Sequence record: NC_048747.1
Length of the DNA: 64,000 nt
Reading direction: 5' to 3' (one strand)
Position numbers and translations under genes: made by a program. How positions within the stretch are numbered: the first letter of the stretch is position 1; each line of letters opens with the position of its first letter. Of this stretch, positions 56,078-64,000 are shown one piece after another. The notes below the pieces were generated by a model, which was given only the letters and a program-made list of their open reading frames with translations, was not told where the DNA came from and did not search any database.

Positions 56078-57505
56078 TTAAAGGCGCTTCATCATGCGCT
56101 TCATTAGTGGTGACATCTCTTTACGAGACTGTTTAAGCTTCACGCCTTTGATGGTCGCTTCGATAGGGTTTATGGGACTCTCGAATGTCATTCTTGTTTC
56201 CCAGTTAGGTAGGATCAGATCTTTATTGACCAACATGTTGGTGATCTCTTTAACCAACATGTTGTTCGATAGAGCAGTTCCTTCACCATCTAGGTGTGGG
56301 AAGTGAATCGTGCAATTTACAAACAATTTAGATTCTGAGTAATCTTCTTTGTCTGCACGCTCGCAATTTATTGCTGATGACACACCCAGTGAATGTGAAA
56401 CTAGAGTGTCACCTTTGTTTAGGTAGTTAATGAAGATCGAGGGTTGCACGGATTTAGGACCAAGGTAAGTTTTAGGTGCACTTAATGTATAAGGTCTCCC
56501 GTAAGCACCAAAGGTCGAGTTAGTCAACATGGACTTTGCACGTTTCAGTATAGCTAATTTGCTTTCGTCCGTCTCGTCTTTAATTGGATGCTGAAAGACT
56601 GCAACAGCTTGGTTAATGACCAGACGAACTTTATTAGTGAATATCTGCAACATTAAAATGTCGTCCGGTTCCAGTATGTGAAGAAACTCTTCCACATCAC
56701 ACTTAGTACTCCCCACGTAACACTCTAGATTTTCAGCCAACTCACGAAGTTGATTGACTCGCTCCTCAGTCATGAATCCTTCCACGATACGAGTAGAGAA
56801 CTCGATGTGAGGTCGATAGATCGTTTGTCGTGACAGGTACTGTGAGTCACCATCACGTTGTAAGTTCATTCTTCGCATAGAAAAATCCGGCTTAGATTCA
56901 TCGATATCTTTTATGGTCTCTAACCACAAAGATTTTAAACAAACGAATGCATCCGACCGCATGTGAGGATTTAGTTTAGGTCGTTTTTCACCATCCAGCA
57001 ATGAGATGTTAATACGCCCACCAAACGCTTCCACCATGAAACTATCTTCCACTTCTATTTGTTCAGAAATGGTGATTAAGTCTGTTTCATGATTACCTTG
57101 ATAGAAACGGATCTCCTTTGGTTTTAATTGAGTTTTCAAGTTATCTATCAAACCAGTAGGGTCACCTACGATAGCGTAGTTGCAACGACCTAAGCATTTG
57201 ACCAACTCCATCGTGACCGAATCTTCTTTTAAATTTACTCGGAGTAAGTCTCCCGGCATCCCCATTTCTTTTAGCACTTCGCGTGTGGTAGGACGACCAT
57301 CGATGAGACAATAAATGTTCTCAGGATTTTTATCTTTGATGAAGGGCTGGAGGTCGATAGGAGTGGTAAGTCGAACTTCTCCTTGACCTTCTGGACAAGG
57401 CTTGTAAACCGTCTCCACTAGGGATTTTAAATTTTCATGTTGGTTTTCTTCAAAAAGACCTAACATTGCGCTTTTACGTGATTGGTATTCGTTATTATCA
57501 GACAT
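56078..57505 (-). CDS. Hypothetical early protein
   Basis: 475 aa; isolated KSMLTNSTFGAYG motif. Confidence 0.75.
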   Translation of the reverse strand: MSDNNEYQSRKSAMLGLFEENQHENLKSLVETVYKPCPEGQGEVRLTTPIDLQPFIKDKNPENIYCLIDGRPTTREVLKEMGMPGDLLRVNLKEDSVTMELVKCLGRCNYAIVGDPTGLIDNLKTQLKPKEIRFYQGNHETDLITISEQIEVEDSFMVEAFGGRINISLLDGEKRPKLNPHMRSDAFVCLKSLWLETIKDIDESKPDFSMRRMNLQRDGDSQYLSRQTIYRPHIEFSTRIVEGFMTEERVNQLRELAENLECYVGSTKCDVEEFLHILEPDDILMLQIFTNKVRLVINQAVAVFQHPIKDETDESKLAILKRAKSMLTNSTFGAYGRPYTLSAPKTYLGPKSVQPSIFINYLNKGDTLVSHSLGVSSAINCERADKEDYSESKLFVNCTIHFPHLDGEGTALSNNMLVKEITNMLVNKDLILPNWETRMTFESPINPIEATIKGVKLKQSRKEMSPLMKRMMKRL

Positions 57506-57559
57506 GATTTGGTTCCTATTAAGGTTAATGAAAGTGAAACTGTTCTTAGCTTCATGTAG

Positions 57560-57572
57560 GTGATATAGATTT
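57560..57572 (-). promoter_or_regulatory. Putative early promoter
   Basis: Minus strand AAATCTATATCAC heading the 57.5-49 kb accessory block. Confidence 0.55.
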
Positions 57573-57593
57573 GAAAAAATCTAAATGCAAAGG

Positions 57594-57624
57594 TAACTAC
57601 GGTGGACTAAGTCCACCGTAGTTA
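57594..57624. terminator. Terminator after the structural operon
   Basis: 14-bp stem TAACTACGGTGGAC/GTCCACCGTAGTTA. Confidence 0.7.
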
Positions 57625-58956
57625 TTAAACGTATTGTTCTTCCAGACCCATAAACAGAGTTAAGTTTACGTTGCAATAAAACATGTACTGAGGAGACGCA
57701 TCTTTAGGTACGTAATCGAATGCCATTCCAATGACGGTTCCTGTACGTTGTTTCACTAAACCTTCCGATGTTAAGTAGTAATAACGGAAAGGCATGCCGG
57801 GACGCACCAAACGAGGGTCCGCGTTCTTCCAAGGAATGGTGAGGATTTCACCATTGTTCACTCGAGACTTAGATAACTCACGAGCGACGTTATTAGTGGG
57901 AACGGGATTAACGTTAATGCGTTCTTCTCCAGACTTACGCTCTACGGTACGGTATTGGGTTAACGAGTCTTGACGTGTCAATAAGACTTGTCCTTTCTCA
58001 TAGTGACTACCTACCATGCCGTTAGCGGCTTTACTCGAGATGATCTGTTGACCAGTGCCTTTGTTCTGAAGTTGTATATCGACTGAGTTACGTAACTCAC
58101 CACGTCCACTGGAAACGATACTTAAGTTAGTGTCGTTTAAATAGTACGAAGCTTCAATGGTCGGCATGACATCTTCAGGCACACGGATAATATCCAACGT
58201 ATAGTCACTGCGGTCATATTTTACAGTGTCCCATAACGTGTAGACACGCCACTCTCCTTTAGCATAGTACGAACCCACCCCTCGAGAGTAAACCCCGTAG
58301 TCAGTCTCTTGCAAGAACTGTACGACGTTGATTAAGTTAGTCTTACCTTGAGGGAAAGTAATTTGTCGGTAAACCACCGTGTTGTCCACAGGCTCTTCTA
58401 TAAAGACACCTTTGAATTTATCTTGACCACTTAACTCAAGGTCGATGGTTTCCGAACTTAACGCATAGTGGATGACGTCTTTTACATTCGCAGACAAAAA
58501 CACATCGGAGTAAGGAATGGTCCGTAGTTTAGAAAACCCTAAGTCCATTAGCTGGAAGTCTAAGCTAATGAAGTTTTGATCATCGTAAAGGCTGAGGTCC
58601 ATTTCCTTAGTTGTATTGCCCAAGGACTCCGTATCATTTACTGACAACGGAATGCAACGATAATAGCGAACTTCAGAACCAGCATCAGTAGTCGTGATGA
58701 GTTCAAATTGCAAATCGTCTTTGTAGGGCAATACCTCACGCTGATAAACACCGGGTTGAATACGAACTCTTACCCGAATGTCATCACTCCTTGCTCCAAC
58801 GTAATTAGCTAAACCTGTAATGCGTTCCACACCAATAATGCTCACGTAACCTTCCGGGAGCACAAACATCCCTTCCAACTCATAAACGATCGGTGCAGGT
58901 TTGGTTGCGTTGAGCTGAGCTTGCTCCATGAGGTTACTGAGTTCTAAAGGTATCAT
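57625..58956 (-). CDS. Probable baseplate/tail structural protein (phiKZ gp101-like position)
   Basis: 443 aa, beta-rich, end of a structural operon. Confidence 0.5.
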   Translation of the reverse strand: MIPLELSNLMEQAQLNATKPAPIVYELEGMFVLPEGYVSIIGVERITGLANYVGARSDDIRVRVRIQPGVYQREVLPYKDDLQFELITTTDAGSEVRYYRCIPLSVNDTESLGNTTKEMDLSLYDDQNFISLDFQLMDLGFSKLRTIPYSDVFLSANVKDVIHYALSSETIDLELSGQDKFKGVFIEEPVDNTVVYRQITFPQGKTNLINVVQFLQETDYGVYSRGVGSYYAKGEWRVYTLWDTVKYDRSDYTLDIIRVPEDVMPTIEASYYLNDTNLSIVSSGRGELRNSVDIQLQNKGTGQQIISSKAANGMVGSHYEKGQVLLTRQDSLTQYRTVERKSGEERINVNPVPTNNVARELSKSRVNNGEILTIPWKNADPRLVRPGMPFRYYYLTSEGLVKQRTGTVIGMAFDYVPKDASPQYMFYCNVNLTLFMGLEEQYV

Positions 58957-58964
58957 AGTAACTC

Positions 58965-59669
58965 CTAAGCAATAAGGTCGGCGATATCAGCCATGTTAAT
59001 GCGCCATTCTTCTTCAACATCCATCGTAGCTGCTGCGCGTTTACTTTGGGTGTAGTAGTCTCTCAATCGAGCAGGGAGACGATCGTCGAGTATACTGTTG
59101 AAGCTAATTTCCTCCGGGATCTCATCTACAGACTCAGAAGCCCCCATTCTCAGTAATAGTAAGAATGGATTGACGCTTAGGTCTTCTCCTTCTGCACGGC
59201 GCTTAGCGAGCTTCATATTAGCTCTATGGATCATGACGGGACGATAAGTATGGAACACCCACAAAGCGACGTCTTCTAACTCGTACAGTTCCGGGACATG
59301 CGGAATGTAGTATTGAGGGGCCTCATTCGCAATTTCCATCCACAAGTCTAAGTATTCAGTGATGTGAGTGAAAAGTCTTATGGAATCGTCCGCATCATAA
59401 AACCCGATGGTTGACTCTTTGTTGATACCTTTGATTAAATCCTTGAGCATCGATACGGTAATCAAGAACGGTTGATGAGCACGGATGCTGTCTCCCCAAC
59501 CAAAGGAATCTTGATAACTGACGTGTTCGTGGTTTTGTATCTGATCTTTCGTCATGAACATTTGAGCTGGAACAAACATACGAAACCCTTCATAAGAAAG
59601 CTCTCGCCATAAATCAATCAAACGTTTACGAACATAAGTGTAACGGACGATGTCCACATTAACCTCCAA
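58965..59669 (-). CDS. Conserved hypothetical protein in the structural operon
   Basis: 234 aa, overlaps the upstream stop. Confidence 0.6.
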   Translation of the reverse strand: MEVNVDIVRYTYVRKRLIDLWRELSYEGFRMFVPAQMFMTKDQIQNHEHVSYQDSFGWGDSIRAHQPFLITVSMLKDLIKGINKESTIGFYDADDSIRLFTHITEYLDLWMEIANEAPQYYIPHVPELYELEDVALWVFHTYRPVMIHRANMKLAKRRAEGEDLSVNPFLLLLRMGASESVDEIPEEISFNSILDDRLPARLRDYYTQSKRAAATMDVEEEWRINMADIADLIA

Positions 59670-60948
59670 ATACGCGTTTAGACGTCATGATCGCTGAGAC
59701 CAATATACCCGCTCGGTAGATTTGATCTTTCGGCGTCCATGTGTTATACGCTTCACAGAATTTTAAAATCTTTTCTCGATCGACAGTTCGATCACCAAAG
59801 AACTCCTTACACCATTGTTCAAACTCACCTTTGTACCCTCCGTTGTAAAACTCTTCGGAGAAATAGTTAGGGACTTTGGTACCTTCTTCCATAGGAGGAC
59901 GTGGAGCAAACCCGTTGTCTCTTGAAATATAAAGAGAGTTAAGTTCATTGAACTCCAGTTTACTCGGGAGTAAGATGTAGTCAAACTTGGTGGCAAGGAA
60001 ACCAGTGTAACCTCGAGATGACATCATTGAGGTTCGGTTGTACTTGTAGAGTTCTTTACTTACCATTGGTAAGAAGTCAAACGAACCTTGAATAAAACAA
60101 TCCCAAATAGTGAGTTCTTTATCGTAATTGAAATTACGACCCACCTTAAAGTTAAGCGATTCAATCGGAGAAGCACCCGGGATGTATTTGTGGGGAATAA
60201 CACGTTGTAGGTAACGTACCAAGAAGGCGTCGTAGTAATACAACTTATCATCTTCCACAATAGCGATCGTACGCTCTGGGTTCCAATAATGATTCGTCAA
60301 CAAATGTTGCGAGATCATGTAAGCCCAACGATCTAGCTTCTGGTTTAACTGACGGTTTTCTTCAGTGATGATCGCTTGACCACCCTTAAGTGCCGACTCT
60401 GCTGAGAACCATGAAGTTTCCACCACCTTACTGCGGATGTTTGCTTCGATCGTTTCATTCATCTCCGCCAACAAAGTACACTCACACATGTAAACTTTGT
60501 CTTTAGCGATTGACATAGGTTCTGGGGTTTTGGTGAGCTGAATTAGACCAGCACGCCCGTCGCCAATATCTTGAACAAAGATGTCCGCTTTCAAAGGTTG
60601 TAGATCAAAAACGAAGTGCCCTACCCAAGTTTGGTTAACTTCGTAACGTTCTTCATTCCAGTTACGAGAAGGGTCACCATCCCGTTTGTAGACCAGATTC
60701 TTGATCTCGGTGTACGACTGGTACGTTGCAATATCGTTTAACTGTAAACCAACGACTTCTTCGTCTTGCCCTAAGTACTGACGGTAGTAATCACAACGAA
60801 TAGGTTGACCGCTAACGTTGTGTAACAGACTGGTGTGTGGAATGTACTCAGAATCTACAATAGAGTGACGGTACTCTTTGGCGTAGACCGTAGGTTTATT
60901 TAAATCCGGTTTATCATTGATACCCGGAGCTTGTTCTAAAAAGGACAT
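59659..60948 (-). CDS. Probable virion structural protein
   Basis: 429 aa in the structural operon. Confidence 0.55.
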   Translation of the reverse strand: MSFLEQAPGINDKPDLNKPTVYAKEYRHSIVDSEYIPHTSLLHNVSGQPIRCDYYRQYLGQDEEVVGLQLNDIATYQSYTEIKNLVYKRDGDPSRNWNEERYEVNQTWVGHFVFDLQPLKADIFVQDIGDGRAGLIQLTKTPEPMSIAKDKVYMCECTLLAEMNETIEANIRSKVVETSWFSAESALKGGQAIITEENRQLNQKLDRWAYMISQHLLTNHYWNPERTIAIVEDDKLYYYDAFLVRYLQRVIPHKYIPGASPIESLNFKVGRNFNYDKELTIWDCFIQGSFDFLPMVSKELYKYNRTSMMSSRGYTGFLATKFDYILLPSKLEFNELNSLYISRDNGFAPRPPMEEGTKVPNYFSEEFYNGGYKGEFEQWCKEFFGDRTVDREKILKFCEAYNTWTPKDQIYRAGILVSAIMTSKRVFGG

Positions 60949-60952
60949 TTTG

Positions 60953-62551
60953 TTACCTCACTACTAAGGACATGTCTAGCATGAATGAAGGAGTGTCTGG
61001 GAACTCAGGTAAAGCACCGATCATGTCGATTGCTTTTTCTAACTCTTCCAAAGTCACCACAACGTGATCGTCGTAATAATCCTTACCACCTGTTTCCCAA
61101 CCCGGGATAGGTGTTCCGGTCGTTCCCCATGGTCCTGCTTCTTCCGCTTCTTTAAGCGTATTCCAGTTCCACCAAGGGAATACTTCAGGAAGCACTTTGA
61201 GTCGGTAGTTATCATCCTCAATAATAAGACGCTTGCCTTGATCAGTAAGTAGACCTAACATACCATCGATGTTTAACACAAAACGGTAGTTGTTCTCTAT
61301 CACTGGATCTCTCAATAAAAACAGGTTACCTTCTGCATCCAGTTCGATGTCCTCCTGCAATACCGGGAGATCATCAGAATAAAGCTGAATCCAAAGCACT
61401 AGGTTGTTTCTAACGGTAATCAAATCATGGTACTTCAGGATAAACTGAAGAATGATAGGATTCCATTGCATGCCTGGGATTTCTTTGATGTTGAACAAGA
61501 ACTGTTTGGTGGTCTCATTCTTAACCGTAAAGTTAACGATGACCTTAGGTTCTACACGATCATAGTTCGGTGGCGGGAACCAAGGGTCGTATAACGGATA
61601 ACGAGCGTGGTAGTAATGCTTAGTCCCGTCAAACCCTTTGATAGAATCACCCGCCTGCAATTCGAAGAACTTAAACGGACTGTGTGGATTCCCTGGTTCA
61701 ACTAATGGAGAATTGACAAAGTCTGAACTGATCGGAAGCTGATTAACCATTAGTGGGTAAGTGACCTTCCAGTTAGTGAGTTCTTGCCAATAGAAAGAGT
61801 AACGGAAGCTGACTTCGTATTTACCTAAGACTTCTTGGTTGCGTTGTACCAATGCAATCGTAGGTTCCTCTAATATCAACTCAGAGTTCTCTATACGACG
61901 TTTAATCCCAAAGATGGGATGTTCACCCGCTGCGTTAGTTAAAATGCTTGTAGGAGCCGTACAGTGACGAATAAACCAATCTGGGTACTCTTCTTCTGTA
62001 GAACTGAGCCCTGCTGCTTCACTCAGTTGTTTTAAGTGACTGGTTAGCAACATGAACTCGTAAGGAACTGGATAGTGGATATGAGCACGGAACCAAGGCT
62101 GTGCGCCTTGCAGGTCATAAATACGTTGAAGTCGGTTGCGGAAGTTCTTAGCTTGCTGTCGGGTATTGAAATGAACGTTACAATCCACGTTCACCTTACG
62201 ACCCTCAAAAATAGGAACCATGTTGGTACGAACAAAAGAGTTGTACCATAGCGGGAAGTTGTTCAGTTGTCTCCCCATGTTACCGTAGCCTGAGTTGAAC
62301 TCCGTGGTGACCACTTCTGCTACGGCGAACAGTTTATTACGAAATATGAAATCAGTGTACTGACCTGACCTTGGTCCGTCTTCCGGGCTGGAGTACATAG
62401 GTCGAGCGTCTTGTGCTTCGCCATTCAGGTACACCGTCAGGTCTTTTTCTCGAACTTGGTAGTACTCCAATACAGAGTAGATGCTGTCGAGAATAGCGGG
62501 ACGTGTCGCATTACGATACGTCTCACCTGCATCAAAAAGAGCAGTGAGCAT
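60953..62551 (-). CDS. Probable virion structural protein
   Basis: 532 aa, downstream of a TATG late-promoter candidate. Confidence 0.55.
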   Translation of the reverse strand: MLTALFDAGETYRNATRPAILDSIYSVLEYYQVREKDLTVYLNGEAQDARPMYSSPEDGPRSGQYTDFIFRNKLFAVAEVVTTEFNSGYGNMGRQLNNFPLWYNSFVRTNMVPIFEGRKVNVDCNVHFNTRQQAKNFRNRLQRIYDLQGAQPWFRAHIHYPVPYEFMLLTSHLKQLSEAAGLSSTEEEYPDWFIRHCTAPTSILTNAAGEHPIFGIKRRIENSELILEEPTIALVQRNQEVLGKYEVSFRYSFYWQELTNWKVTYPLMVNQLPISSDFVNSPLVEPGNPHSPFKFFELQAGDSIKGFDGTKHYYHARYPLYDPWFPPPNYDRVEPKVIVNFTVKNETTKQFLFNIKEIPGMQWNPIILQFILKYHDLITVRNNLVLWIQLYSDDLPVLQEDIELDAEGNLFLLRDPVIENNYRFVLNIDGMLGLLTDQGKRLIIEDDNYRLKVLPEVFPWWNWNTLKEAEEAGPWGTTGTPIPGWETGGKDYYDDHVVVTLEELEKAIDMIGALPEFPDTPSFMLDMSLVVR

Positions 62552-62571
62552 AAACTCCCCCTTCAGTGAAT

Positions 62572-62581
62572 AATCATAAAA
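62572..62581 (-). promoter_or_regulatory. Putative late promoter
   Basis: Minus strand TTTTATGATT, same as 24021-24030. Confidence 0.4.
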
Positions 62582-62591
62582 TCGAATAAAG

Positions 62592-62615
62592 GGGTGAGTC
62601 CCGAAGGACCCACCC
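62592..62615 (-). terminator. Terminator with UUCG loop
   Basis: GGGTG.GTCC-CGAA-GGAC.CACCC. Confidence 0.55.
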
Positions 62616-62622
62616 GTTCAGT

Positions 62623-64000
62623 TTAGAGCATCCACGATTCTTGACCGTCGACTTTTTTCTTTTCTTTGTTGGATTCCGTAACACGATCCAGTGTTGCTTT
62701 GATACCACGAAGCATAGCCATCGACTTCATGGATTCACCGATTGAGTCAGACGCTGCTTTCATCAACTCTTTAGCAGTTTTCTGAGCTTCAGACATTTGA
62801 GTCTTGATTTGACCTTTGGTGTTCTCATCAGCATCATCGCTAGTGCCAGCCGGAGGAGTAGAAGCTTCTTTAACTTTCGCTTCTGCTTCACGCAGTTTGG
62901 CTTCTGCTTCTTTCATCTCTGAAATCATGGAACCGAATTCACCTGAGATAGTTGACAAAGCTTGACTTAATTGAGTATAGGTCGTAACACCGTTTAGTTT
63001 AGCGGCTTGGTCTTTAAAGCCAGCTTTCTCTAAACGTTGTTGTAATTGCTTAACATGACCTGAATCAGGTTCACCCGCCATACCCTTTAGCTTATCGATA
63101 GATTCATCGATCGCTTTCTTGATAGACTCGGCTTCTTTAGAACCTTCTTTCTTACGTTCTTCAAAACGAGCTTTCAAAGACTTCATACCGGCAGTCAACA
63201 TTTCTGCTGCTTTACCCGCCATGCGTTTTACGTCTTCTTTAAAGTCTTCGTTGCCAGTTAACTTAAGTAAGTGAAGTGAATGAGATTGATCTAGTTCCTT
63301 CCAGAAACCTTCCATGCCACTCACATCCAACGTTTCCATGTTTTTATCCACAGACTCACGTTGTTCTTTAGTCATCGACTCAGGAGATTCCAACAGATCA
63401 CTGTCAAGGACTTGATCCATTGCAGCCACACCATCGCGGAACTTTTTGTACCAGATGTCTTCAGGTGTTTTGTCTTCTAAGAACAAATCCAGTCCTTTAC
63501 TTTGGACGTGCTCAAAGATAGCAAAGACAAACATCAACTCACGAGTACAACGTTCGATCAAGTCGAAGTCCTTAGAGTACTCTTTACTGATCTCCTCCTC
63601 CAATACTTCTAAGTTGATTTGGAAGTTGGCGAGGTGGAGTTTCATCATCCCGGAATCCACCAAGTTATCACTTGACTCCTTCGGAGTAATGCGGTACAAG
63701 AAACCCGCATGATCAAACTTAGTATCTGGACAGTAGTCACGCATGTCGTAATAGTTGAAGTTGTTTAGCAACGCTTCAAACTTCTCAGGAACTAGGGTGT
63801 CCACTCCATCCATGAAAGAATGTAGTTCATGAACTTTTTGGATTAACTCCTGACGAATGGCAGCAAGCAACCCCCAAGGTTCGTTGATTGTGAAAGTCCC
63901 TACGATATCTTTATCGATACCGAGGTCTTTAGCAACCTTTTCCAACATGATCACATCACGGTGATCTTTAATCATTGAGTCCTTTTCCACAACTCGGTAA
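62623..64000 (-). CDS. Probable processed internal head protein, 5' end outside the window
   Basis: Frame open to the window edge; GMEGF, GNEDF and GQESW motifs; helical A/K/E-rich C-terminal half. Confidence 0.6.
   Translation of the reverse strand, partial: YRVVEKDSMIKDHRDVIMLEKVAKDLGIDKDIVGTFTINEPWGLLAAIRQELIQKVHELHSFMDGVDTLVPEKFEALLNNFNYYDMRDYCPDTKFDHAGFLYRITPKESSDNLVDSGMMKLHLANFQINLEVLEEEISKEYSKDFDLIERCTRELMFVFAIFEHVQSKGLDLFLEDKTPEDIWYKKFRDGVAAMDQVLDSDLLESPESMTKEQRESVDKNMETLDVSGMEGFWKELDQSHSLHLLKLTGNEDFKEDVKRMAGKAAEMLTAGMKSLKARFEERKKEGSKEAESIKKAIDESIDKLKGMAGEPDSGHVKQLQQRLEKAGFKDQAAKLNGVTTYTQLSQALSTISGEFGSMISEMKEAEAKLREAEAKVKEASTPPAGTSDDADENTKGQIKTQMSEAQKTAKELMKAASDSIGESMKSMAMLRGIKATLDRVTESNKEKKKVDGQESWML

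Noticed and set aside
893-63712. Many short antisense or alternate-frame ORFs in the track (e.g. 893..1114, 8844..9110, 26859..27227, 27793..28191, 32441..32779, 43430..43834, 46771..47091, 53647..53988)
   Set aside because: They lie within or opposite long real genes, lack RBSs and have shadow-ORF composition
1-64000. tRNA, rRNA, chimallin or PhuZ genes
   Set aside because: None recognised; intergenic gaps hold only hairpins and promoter-like motifs, so nucleus formation is inferred from relatedness only

Overview
A 64 kb segment of a phiKZ-related (Chimalliviridae-like) jumbo myophage genome; most genes are on the minus strand. Recognisable core genes: major capsid protein, DnaB-like helicase, a non-virion RNA polymerase beta-type subunit, probable portal, RuvC-like resolvase, SbcC/Rad50-like ATPase divergent from a central spike gene, four tail-fibre/baseplate genes, NAD-dependent ligase, RNase HI and a GroEL-like chaperonin. 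Their order matches my recollection of phiKZ gp97-101, gp118-135 and gp164-165, but these numbers come from memory and synteny, not a search. CTA-biased Leu codons in the capsid gene hint at a Vibrionaceae host (inference). The most unusual material is the accessory block at 2.2-8.4 kb: a protein made only of tandem AraC-type DNA-binding domains, an Acb1-like 2H phosphoesterase (anti-CBASS), a ThyA-fold protein that has lost its catalytic residues, and a host-like RNase HI. Other points of interest: two distant AT-rich non-coding elements sharing a CCCCTCCCC core (one with palindromic direct repeats, next to KilA-N-like and XRE regulators), a family of related long intergenic hairpins, three glycine-zipper membrane proteins, a candidate spanin/holin cluster, and a recurring G-x-E maturation motif. 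No tRNA, rRNA, CRISPR array, intein or mobile element was recognised. All protein calls come from visual motif recognition without database searches.
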